59,951 nucleotides of DNA, from positions 1-59,951 of the forward strand of contig JAAILG010001921.1 in the NCBI GenBank assembly GCA_012026655.1. Direction: 5' to 3'. Made by a program: the position numbers and the translations under genes. The notes under the pieces are model-generated. The model searched no databases. It was not told where the DNA came from and saw only the letters and a list, made by a program, of their open reading frames with translations. Position 1 is the first letter of the stretch. Each line of letters opens with the position of its first letter. Shown piece after piece: positions 24,101-36,100 of the stretch. Source of the DNA: Hydrolagus affinis (Eukaryota).

Positions 24101-27100
24101 CACCTCCCTCCCTCTTCAAAATTTCCACATTGATTAAAAACAAACATCAAAAAAAATCTGTGAGGTATTGCAGTTGGTTCAATGACTCTTGACACCTCCT
24201 CCCCCTTGCCCACCCTCTCCGGACAACATTACATGTAACCAGTTCTAACGAAGGGTCATGGACCCGAAACGTTGATTCACTTTCCTTTCTCCATAGATGC
24301 TGCCTGACCTGCTGAGTATTCCCAGCGGTTTCCGTTTTACATGTAATTTATTCACTGCAGGTCTACTGTACGGAGATTGGCTGCCCAGATCCCTTGTAAA
24401 ATACAGTCACTGCAGTTTACAGAATACCCGAAGTAGTGGTTTGAGATGTCCTCCTGACATGAATAATTATTATTATAATAATTACCAATTCATAAATAAT
24501 ACAGTAAATTCCTGATAGCTCAACCCAGCTTAACCTCTGACTACCACTTAATTGCCACGATGTCAATATCTCAGCCATGTATTTATGGATTTAACTCGCT
24601 GCTCTGGATAACTCAACACTGAGCCCCTCTCCCTCAGAATTGCGAGTTATCAGGAGTTTACTGTCTAATAATCCTGCCGAGCTCCCTACTCACGGTGGGT
24701 GTGTGCCTGATGTTCTCCACTGTGGTGTGGGCCACGCCAGCACTCTGGCTGCCAGATATCCCTCCGCTGTGGTGCTTCTTGTGGCTGGAGACCATGGTCT
24801 CCATTGAATGGCTGCGGACACGAATCGCCCTCTGCATGTTCGGAGAGAAAATACGTCAGATTGAGTTTCAAGATGCGCGCGCGCGCACACAATAAAATTG
24901 TACGAATGACGTGATAAGGCACAAAAATTGTATAAAATAAAGGATATTATTAATTAACCCAATTTGGTTACCTGGATATTCCCGACACCTTCGCAAGAGC
25001 ATTTAATCTGCATCTAGTTAATCTCATTGGGTATTATTATCATTAGTAGTAGTATAGCTGGTAGAGATGCTCCTTTAACATGATGAGCATTATATAAATG
25101 TAATTGGCTTTTAGCAAGCGAAAGACGCAATCCTGCCTCATTTGTAAGCAGGTTGCCAGCCCCTTCATTAATTATCACTCCCCACCTGTATCACTTCATC
25201 ACTGAATCTGCGGAACAGTTCTCAATTACACCACACCATCTGTGCCTACACACTTTACTGTCCCTGCATTAATAGGTTAAACACAAATAATAAGCCTCAC
25301 ATTTGATACAATGCCTTTCATGTCAGAAGGTTGCCTCAAAGTGCTTCACGGGATTTAATGTAAAGCGCAGCCATTGTGCACTTTGTAGTCAAACTCAACC
25401 GGTAAAATTGTTCAAAGGCAACATCCTACCAACATCCACAAGACAAATGCTCAATTTTATCTGGGGTTCGGTCGGTCAGGGCTCTGGGGAGAGAGAAAAA
25501 CTCCCTTCTTCCTTGAAAAGTGTCATGGGAACTTTAATGACCCCTGAACAGTGCTGGTGGGACATTGGTTTCATATCTCAATCATCACTGCGCTCTATGG
25601 TATACGGTAGGAAGTGCTTTGAGGTCTTTCGACGATGTGATGAAGCGTGACTATCAAATGCGTCTGTCATTTGGAAGACTTATCAAATGAGTGAAATTGA
25701 CAGGAAGTGAAACATCAGTCGAATTTAGCGGAGAGGATCACACCTGCGGACGCCGATTTTAATTGTAAATTGCTCTGCGGCTTTACCTTGAAGGACTCCA
25801 GGAATCCCCCGTGGCCACCGTTTTCCATCTTGTCCTCGTCAGAGCCCAGCCCGAGCATTGCCTGTGTCTGTGCGTGGAGCTCGTCATGGAGATTATCTAG
25901 CAAAGCCGCCCGCGTTCGGTTCTGTGCAAAGGGAATGAAGCCCAGAGGATGGTTAGTTTGGGCTCTTGACAGAGTCTGAAATTACAACTAAGTCGAATTG
26001 GTGATACTTTTCCTGGTGTGGATACCATCGTCGTCCATCCCTCCCCTCACCACACCATTCCCTGACCTTACTTCTTCCACGGCCTTGCCCCACTCTACCT
26101 TTGCAACCTCCTCACCCCTTACTAAATTGCCCGCTCCCTCCACTCGGTGGGCTACGGCCTGCTCCATGTCCTCCGATCCACCCGCCCCACCATCAGCGGG
26201 CGAGCCTTCAGCCACTCTGCCCCCAACCTCTGGAATTCCATCCCACAGTCCCTCCACCTCACTCCCTCCTTGGCCTCCTTCAAGTCCCACCTCTTCGACT
26301 GTCCCATCATTCACCCAGACCCCCTTCCCTCCACCCTCCCCAATCCCAACCCCAGCGTGGGACTGAAACATTGACTGTCCAGCGCCTTGGGTCGTCGGCC
26401 TGACGTGAAAGACGCTATACAAGTGTAATTTTGTTGTTACCTCGAGCTTCGCAAACTTCTCGGACTTGTAGCAAGCACTCTCCGCATTGATGAGCTTTGT
26501 GAGCAGAAACTCCCTGAGCTCAGTGCCCTAGGTGTACAAAGGAGGCAACGTTTAAGAATTTTACTCATGATTACGCACAGGATACTGACCCAACTAAGCC
26601 AATAGTAGTGTCCGGCGATATATCGATATCAGTATAATTTTTCATATCGATATGCCGATATTGGAAATTTGAATATATCGGTATATCGAAATATTCGCTA
26701 TATAAAAAAAATCGGTGTATCACAAAACATCGGTATATAGTGTCCGGCGATATCGGTATAATACGAACTTTTTCAACATACCTTGTTGCCGGCATTGCAA
26801 ACCTCCTGGGTGTAGAGCACGCACATCCGAATGCGCGCGCACACACAGGATAAAAAAAAACTGGTGATATCGATATGAGCCCACCAATATCGATATCGGA
26901 AAAATTCCATATCGCCAGACACTAGCCAATAGTTATGTAGAAAGGTCCATTGTAAAGTAGGAGCCATTTGACCCATTGTAGCTTTGCTCGCTATCCAATA
27001 ATTCAATTCGTCAAGTGTTAGAAGTTGTTTGTGACATCCCGTCGAGCATTGAGATTTCTTCTAATCTTCCCTACCTTCTACTTTTTAGTGAACAATCCTA

Positions 27101-30100
27101 AAGAGTAAGAAATTGCCTGAAGATCCCAAATAGATTCCTGAAGAGAGGGAATATTAAAAAGGATGTTGGGATTAGGATCGTGATAAGACAGGCTCAGGTA
27201 TAGAATGAAACCATTGCTGTTTCAATGGGTCGAATGGCCTGTTTCGGTGCTGTAAGATTTCTACGAGATAAATAATGACGTGGGGGCAGGGGATTTGATT
27301 TGAGGAGGGGCTCAATCATGAAACGTATTGCATTTTAGTAAGAAGTGCTCCATGGCAGGACAAATGTAGAGAACCTGCTTACCTTCTTGAAGATGGGTGG
27401 GCTTGGCAACATCGGTCCAAACAAGTGAACTCCGTCTCGAGCAGTGACTGAAATCTGATCAGGCAATCGGAACATGGGGGATGGGGTGGCGGGGGTAGGG
27501 GAAGCAAATAAAAAGTTATTTTGAATTACAAATACTGTATAGTGTACATTTAACGCATGTTACTGTTGAGTTAAACTGGGTTGAGTTGCGTTGGACTGAG
27601 TTGGATTAAGTTGTGCTGAGTTAAAAGTTCTTCTAGACGTCTCAAAGCACTTTACAGAAGATAATATATTCACTGTAAATATATTTGTGGGCGAAATGCG
27701 GCAGCCAATTGCACACAGCGGCGTCCCACAAACAGTGGTGGATTGAAGTGACCAATTTTATTAATTTATATAAATGCAAGTAGCTGTTTGGCTGGTCAAT
27801 GACCAAGGCTTGAGGCTGAAAAGCTTCCAAATGATTACCTTATAGATGGTTGAATCAGTGCCCGGATTCTCCACCTGAACCACAACGTAGGCGTGAAGAA
27901 AGTTCGAGGCGATCATGTCCGGCACGAAGGGCGTGTTTTCCTCCTGGAACACGATGGCTACAATGTCGTTCCCAATGTGACGTTTTCTCTGGAGCTGTGA
28001 CGGGCAAACCAAGCGCTTTAAATCAAAGTGAACAGTTTTGACGGGGTTAAAACTGGGGATGAGTCGAGTGTTGTGTCGGATTAAACTCATGTAAGGTTTA
28101 ATAGGGTTCAGCACCTGCTGCTGAAAAGCTTCCAAGATCCCCTTCCCCACTTCATCTTTTTCACGGATCCTCTACCGTACTCAGTTGTATGATTCTATCA
28201 TCCAGTAAATCTTCCTCCAAGTGATTTAGGTGCAAGATAAGATGGTGGGCATTAGCAGGCAAATCGACCACAAGAATATCACTGCCAATATCAACCCTGC
28301 CTACATCCAAGCACAAGCTCTATCCAGCAGAGGTCACTGGATAGCTTTGTGGAGCAGGAACCCAGATGGAGTTAGGTTTACGCTTTGCTAAACCTCAAGA
28401 AGCTCTTTGTCAACAGTGATGTCTTCACAACAACAATAACAAATACTTAGAGTAGTTGCCCTTCACATCGGAAAGACATCCCAAGTCGCTGGACAGTTTG
28501 GACACAAATTGGGAGGTGTGGTCAGGAGGGGTGGGCGTCCTGTGGTGGGGGGGAGGTGAAAGGGAGAGAGTAACCTCCCACGGACAAACACATGAACCTT
28601 CTGGATCAATATGTCTCAGTTTCATATCGCACAGTGCTTAACAATCGAGTGCCGAGAGGGTTTAGTGCGGGAGAAAGAGAAAAATTTGGATTATAATAAA
28701 CCTCTCTCTTTCCCTCCTTAGAAAGAAACATTCTCTCCTAGACTAGTCAAGGGACATGTTCATCTATTTATTCAGTTCATCAGTGGAGCGTTTCCAATTC
28801 TGGGCACTCTTCTTTGAAGACCGACTTTAATCGCACTAAAAGAGTCCCATTACAATTCTGAGAGAAATTTTTTTTTAGTGAAGCTGCAGTTAATGGTCAT
28901 GGTTTAATCAACAACAGGGGCCAGGCAGCTTCTGATGGCAGAGGGTAAGAGCGAGTTCCTGACTCCAGCATTAATAATCTCCAGCAGTTGCTGAATTATT
29001 CACCACGGCCATTAATCTACATGGTTCAAGGTGAGATCGTTTCAAAGGGATGGGAGATGAGCATTCTGGTTCTGTTATTTAAGAGCTGCACATTATCCTG
29101 TTGTTTTTTGGCGTGACAGACAGGAATTGGCAAATCCATCCTCGGATTTGTGTTAATGTTAAATCATTTTTATTTGTTCCGCTCTTTGAAGGAAGAGTTT
29201 AAGACCTTGTTCTTCAATCCATACCTTTGGCAAATAGCTAATGAGCTACGGTTGGACAAATAAACTCTAACTGGCTTTCCCCCACCCTCTGTCTCGTTGC
29301 CGTGCAATCACCCTAGAATGAATATGTCCCGTCAAGGGAAAATAAAAAAAAATATTGGACCCATTTATTGACCACAAAATTGCCAACGTGTATTGCCAAG
29401 GTTGATAAACAGACAGTCATAAAACTACATCTCCTGCTATTACTAAGTCGGAAATATCTCATTGCTAAATTTACTCATAGGCAAAAAATAGCCTCTTGCC
29501 ATATCTAATCTGAAACATAATACTGTAGACAGATGCTAAGGAGTCATTCCAATCTGTACAATAATCTCAGGGCTCAGCGGATTGCCATGAAGTGTTTGAG
29601 TTTCATTAAACTAAATGATATCAACCACTCCCCATAGTTGTTTTTACATGGAATATGTTTGGTTCCTGCTGCCCACCTCCTGCACAAAGGACCTGTAGGT
29701 GACGGACAATGTCATATGAAAGTGCACAGAGCAAATACCTGTTGGGTGTCTCCCTCTGTAAACGGAAGCTTTGTGGAGACGTGGAACATTATCTCCCTGT
29801 GCTTGAACGTGGTGTAAACAGACTCGATCCCAGTTTGACCATGTGCCACATCGAGGCCACCTCGGAAACTGCGTCAGGGAGACATTGAACCATCATTGCA
29901 AACTATCAAAGTGCTTCACAGAATATATTGTAAAGTGGGTAGACTGTGTAGTTAGTGGGTGAAACGCAGCAGCCAATTACACACAGCAGTGCCCCACGAA
30001 CGGTCATGGATTGAGTGACCAATTTTTTTGGGGGAGAGGGGATTATTACTCCTGGAAGGCAATTCGCCAATCGACCAACAGCTTGGTTCCTACTGAATGA

Positions 30101-33100
30101 GCCTGACACTCAGAGGTACCTTATTTCAGATGAGGGACAAACCTGAGATCTATCCATTCAGGTGGTTGAGATCCGAAGGTCCCATTTCCTGGCCAACAAT
30201 TCTCCAGATCAATGAATCCACCTCCCCAAACTTCTCCCCATCACCCATATTATTCTTTCTGAAACACGACCTTTGCAATGTGGGACGGTATTTTCACTCA
30301 CCCTTTGAAATCTTGGAGTACGATTGTGTCTCCAAGCAGCTGTAGGAATTCCTTAAAGGCAGGACTTTCCTCATCGTTCCCGAACAATTCCCCTTCCGTG
30401 GTCTGAAAAGTAGGAACAAAGCCCTTTAGTGTTAAAACATTAAATACTGAAATGTAACATAATGTAATGGACCAAGATAACGTGACTTGAGCCAAGCTTT
30501 TAGGTGGAAACGACATCTGAGAGAAGGTCTCGTCACATTGGCAGATATCCTGTTGTGTAGTGGTTAAGAGCACTCGCTTTGCAAGCAAGAGAACCTGCGT
30601 TCGATTCCTGTGCAGGGTGAAACCGTAAGCGAGTTTCCTTACTCCACAGGCCTCCGTTTACCTAGCAGTAAGTAGGAATCCAGTTGTTAGTCGAATGACA
30701 GATAGCTTTCCAGGGGGTAATAATCCCTCCAAGATAAAGACGAAATTCATCACTCAATCCACGGCTGTTCGTGGGAACACTGCTGTGAGCAATCAGCTGC
30801 CACGTTTTTTCCGTACAGAAAAAAATGATCACTTTACAATATATTCTAGGAGGCGACTTGAGAGATCTCCATGATGTGGTATTGCGGTATATCAAATGCA
30901 ATTATTATTATTATGGATTATTCATAGGGGCTGGACTGGATAATGATGGGCAATTTTAACTGAAATTAACACTTGGATGGGTAATATCGTCAGAAACAGC
31001 CGGTATCTCCCTTATCTGCATGTGTGACAGACTACAGCCACCTTACTGAGTGATGAGATTGTTATCTCAGCCCTTCTGATTGCTCGATCACTGAGCTGGC
31101 GTTATCAACGCAGATCACAGCCCAAATAGTCTCAAGTTATCACCTGAAAGTACATAATAAAGTGAAGTTTTTTTGTTGCTGAAAATAAACAGTACAATCT
31201 TATTATTTTTCTCTCCCTTTTGTTAAGGGCGCCCATTACACTCACCTGACTGAATCGTTGATAAATCACACCAAACTTGAAGTCGTTATTGATCTCGTGT
31301 TCGTCGTATGTGACAATCAGCTGGGACGCCTTGTGTATTAAAAAGAATAAAGCGATCAACAGATTGCAAGGTGACGACAGTGACCTTCCAAAGTCTTTCC
31401 TTCCACCCCAAAAAAAAGTTTCCGTCGACTTTAAGGAAAATTGTTTGGAAAGTTCATTATTTATCTCCCACACCCAATCTTAAGAAAGTAAACAACCTGA
31501 CTTTCACTGGAAAGCAGCTGAGATGAAGATAAAAACATTTGCAACCGCTGTGCTCAGGGGGGACTGAACGCCGTTGTGGGTTAACAGTGAGAGAGCCCCA
31601 TTGAGTGGCAGTCAGGCTCAATTTTACCCAGACGCAGAAGGTTGGAGGTTTAACCTCCACATTGGGACTTTGATCTCTTCTAGTCTAGGTTGACACTTCA
31701 ATGTCGGGATGGGGGTGCAATACTTTTGGAGGTGCAGCCCTTCCATTGAGATGTGAAACTGAGGTCCCTGTTCAGATTGGCTGCAAAGATACACCTTTAC
31801 AGCAAATTCTAGGAGGCATTTTTGATACTTGCTCCTGATGAGAAAGGAGCCATTACAAATGGAAGGAATTATTATTATGAGTACTGTATCGCAATCAAAA
31901 TTGAATCACAGTATTGTCTAGTCTGAGCCAATGTATTGCTAGGACCTCAGCCTTGTATATGGGCTAGAAAGCATGTAGTGTTAAGTATGTTGAACAATAT
32001 CCTGGAACCACATGTAACTGTTATCAACACACTTCTGCCGAAGGTCACTGTGGAGGGGGCATTGCCTTGCTGAGCACTTACCTTGGGGTAAAGAACAGGA
32101 GAAAACTTCACACTGGACAATTCATCACAGAGGAGCTAAAGGTGGGTGGGGGGGGATAAAGGGGAAAAGGAACAGAAAGCATTCTTTAGAGCAAGCAACA
32201 ACTCTGCCGTCCAACGCCTTGGGACATCCTACCGATGTGAAAGGTGCTCTACAAATGTAATCTTGTTGTTGTCTACACTCTTCTGAGACTGAGTTATAAT
32301 TTTGGCTTCAGAACAACAGGAGTTGTTCCCCCATATCTTCTCCTTAAAGCCTCATATACATGAAGTCCACACACACACTCTCTCTTTCTTTGACAAGTTG
32401 ACCCATGAAATATTCCATTATCCTGGGTTCCTTCCATCCCAGGCACCATATTTAGCTGACAGCATGAGTCCAGCCGATTGCAGCCAGTCTCTCCACTATT
32501 GCCTTGCAACACTATAGTCTGCCCTCACTGCTGGAGGAATGGGGGCAGTGAGTATAATTTTCAACAACTTAGTGGATGGAGAACTGAACTGCTGGGGTCT
32601 GAGGGGGAGGGGGAAAAAGGCAGGTTTAATGGGATTGAAAGGATTGCTCTTTGAAAAAAGCCGGCGCAGATACAATGGACAAAGTGACCTCCTTCTGTGC
32701 TGTAGATTTCTGTGGTTTCTATGAACTGAATCCTTGTTGGTGTGCTTTAGAGCGGAGCGCTATCAATCCCTGAAACTCATGTTGCTTTAGCTACACCCTC
32801 ATCCACAAAACACAGCAGATAAGGAAACAAACCCCTGACCAGCTGAGAAATCCACAATTTGTCTGTTTAAGTCGATTTGGCAGATATGATGGTGGGGGTG
32901 AGGGGTCGGTCGGTTTACAGAGTTAGGGTTAACAAAGAAGATCCCATCTCACCAGGACCTTCTCAGGGCAGCCTGGGAATGGGCAATAAACATTGGCTCT
33001 GCCAGCATCACCCACATCCGGACACAGCTCAAAGCAAACCACCACTTGTTTGTTTTACAAAATGTTCCTAATTTCTCTCTCCCAAACTTCACTTTACAGC

Positions 33101-36100
33101 CCATCATATCCACACACTTCCATTCATTTAGGCTGATGATTAATGGGTCACATTTGTCTAGGGCGGATGCTATCGGTGCTTTGGCTGATAAGAACAGCAG
33201 CTGTATTATGAATGGATGCAAACATTTTATTTCCTACCCCCTCCCACCCCCCACTGGAGACACACCTTTCAAAGGCACTAGAGCTCAAAGCCTCTGCAGG
33301 ACGCTGGGTACTTGATCATCCACAAAACAAGTCACATGAGTTCACTAGACTGGTCTGGAGAAGAAGGTCCTTCAACCACATCCCCCAAACCATCAGGGCA
33401 TCAAGCTGCTTTTCAAATTAATCCAAGTGCCCTGGCCTCTACATGTAACCTGTTCCCTCTGCGTAAAAGGAAAAAAAACACACGGACACATCCTGGTGTC
33501 TGAAATTGGCCTTTACAACTCTAAACCTGTGTGCTCTTGTTCCTCAGCCTCAATGCATCCCAACGTGCCAATCTGCAGAGAACTGTACAATTGATTCAAC
33601 CAGTCTATGGTCTGGGTTTAATTTTTCAATCCCTTTTATAAATTTATGCCCACTCTGAGGAAGAGTCCAGTCATGGTGAGCAGAGGCTGTTTGCTTCTCT
33701 CCACCCACAAATATACAGTCAATTTTCCTACTCTCCTTCACCCCCTGCTCTGATCCCTACCTTACTGTTCAGCACCTTGGGACATCCTGCCGACGTGAAA
33801 GGCTCTATATAAATGTAATTATTGATTGATTGTGGCCACTTCGCATACTCTAACCAGTACATCTAAACCTCTGACAAGGGATCCCTGGTAGAGGAGAGGC
33901 TGCTTCTCCTCAGGCTAACAAAACAAGCACCAGGTCAACTTTCATTCATCTAACCCACGAGACAGCATTGCCACCGGACATTGATGGAGGGATGTGAACT
34001 GAAAGGGGCTGTGCCTACCACACCAGACAGAAGAGGGTCCAACTTACCTTTGCTATCAGTGGGATACTGGGAAGCTGGGGGGCTCCAACCAGTGGCAGTC
34101 GCTCATGTACTGTTTTAGACCTGGACCTGGGAACATAAAAGCATCTTAAAATGTAGGTTCTTCTCTACACAGAGCACTACCCGGTAAATGCCCTTGTGTA
34201 AGACAATTTTAAGTAGAAACTATCCTGGACTCTCGTGACTCTGTTGCAAAACGCACCCACTTAACAAATGCAGTCAGTTAAAACCTGGTAGCTAAATCGC
34301 TACAACAACAACAACTTGGATTTATATAGCGCCCTCCACGCCAGACTGCGTCTCAGAGCGCTTCACAAAACAGATCCCTGGGCCAAGCCAGGGGGAGGGG
34401 GACTTGGGGCGTGACCTGAAAATAGGAAAGGAGGGGACAAGGCGAAGGGAATGAGGAAAAGAGTTCCAGAGCGTCGGGGCGTAGTAGCTGAAGGCATGGC
34501 TGCTGATGGTGGAACAGAGGATTCGGGGGATAAGGAGGAGGCCAGTCCCAGTAGAACGAAGGCAACGAGTACTGTTGTGAGGAGAGAAGAGGTCAGAGAT
34601 GCAAGGGATATGCAGAGGAGTGGAGGGATTGGGATACAAGAGTGAGGATCTTGAAATCGATCTGCTCCAGGGAGACAGGGAGCCAGTGAAGTCTGGCAAG
34701 GACTGGGGTAATCGGGGAGTGAAGTTTGGTTACCTGAGTATTATCCTCAGATATTCTTGGCCATCGTTATCTTCGTACTTGACCGAGAGCACCAAATTCC
34801 CCAGGATACTGCAAGAGGTGTAAAAGTTCAAATGGTCCTGGAATTGACAAAGGTGACACAGGGTCTCAGAGCATTCATTTTTGATCAGCCGGATGTCTGA
34901 CACATACGGAAACCCATCACCGTGCTTAAAGTATAGCCAAACCGAGCTGAGGATTCCATGCATCCCACCTACACATGGAAAAATCCAGAGATAGATTGCT
35001 GGAATGGGATGCTATACTTTCCTCCTGGAAGGAAGTGTCCTGCTTACTTAATTCCGGAAAGTATTAGGTGCAGGTTGGCAAGAGCCAAAGCTTAGTGGAC
35101 CCCCCCCCAGAGTGTGCGTAGGGGTAAATACTGGAGTCTAACCAGCTCAAAGCTTTTGATACTGGGACACTGAAGAACACATGGACTCAGAGCGTTTGCC
35201 ATTAGCCAGAGAGCATATCTTTACAGATCTGTCGCTGGAGCAAACGGTCTTAGCACAACCTCATTGCATTCAATTTTTATTGCTCAACTGCTTGTAGGCA
35301 ATAAATAATGAAGACACAGCTTGTCTGGCACGTAGCAATTATGCGCGTTTGCAATTTGGTTCAACACAAAGCCGTGACATCGAGGATTCAGAGTCTGTCA
35401 CTGACCTTGCCAAGGAAGTGCTTTCTGTAGGCTCTAGCTGTGCTGTTGCATTCCAGTTTGTACCCAAACGAGCTGGGGCTCAGGTTGTCCACCACATCGT
35501 CCTCACAGAAGCTGCTCTCAGATGACGTGGGGGTGATGTTATTTTCCAGCCCTTCAATCCAATAGCCCCCAAATTGTGGGAGGATAATAGATGGAAAGGG
35601 CCCTGCTTTGTTGATGATCTGAGGAACAAAAACAACAACAATTTACACTTGCACAGCGCTCTCCACGCCTGAAAGATGCCCCAGGGCAAGACCCAAACTC
35701 GCGTCAGTAAGGGAAGGGCAGAGAGAATTGGTCCTTTCATCTCTGGAGACCTTCATGAATAAAGTCTCAAGAGCACAAGGCATTTAGCAAGGAAATGTCT
35801 TAAGAAAGGATTGGGTGGAAACTCAGATAAGACATCCTTCGGCAGCTTTTGTGCTCTTTCTTGGGTTGGATCCTAAGGCCAAAACCAAGAAAAATTCCAG
35901 GCTTCTTAGGATCATATTTCTTCCACTAGTAACCTATTAAATGACTGTTTGTGCTTTACACGAATAACTTGATCTCTTTGTGAGTTATTCCACGACACCT
36001 CCCTCCCCAATAGCTAGTTTTTTTTAAAAAAATTTTTTAAAAAAACTAGCAAATAACTAAGGTAAACTCACCTCGTCGATGCTGGGGTAAGGAATGTAAT

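Noticed and set aside
26147-26374. ORF with recognisable protein-like sequence
   Set aside because: It is the decayed C-terminus of L2 ORF2, as are 34322-34699 and 394-673; not a host exon
26571-26929. Minus-strand ORFs inside the hAT element
   Set aside because: Too short and without hAT transposase motifs; the element is non-autonomous
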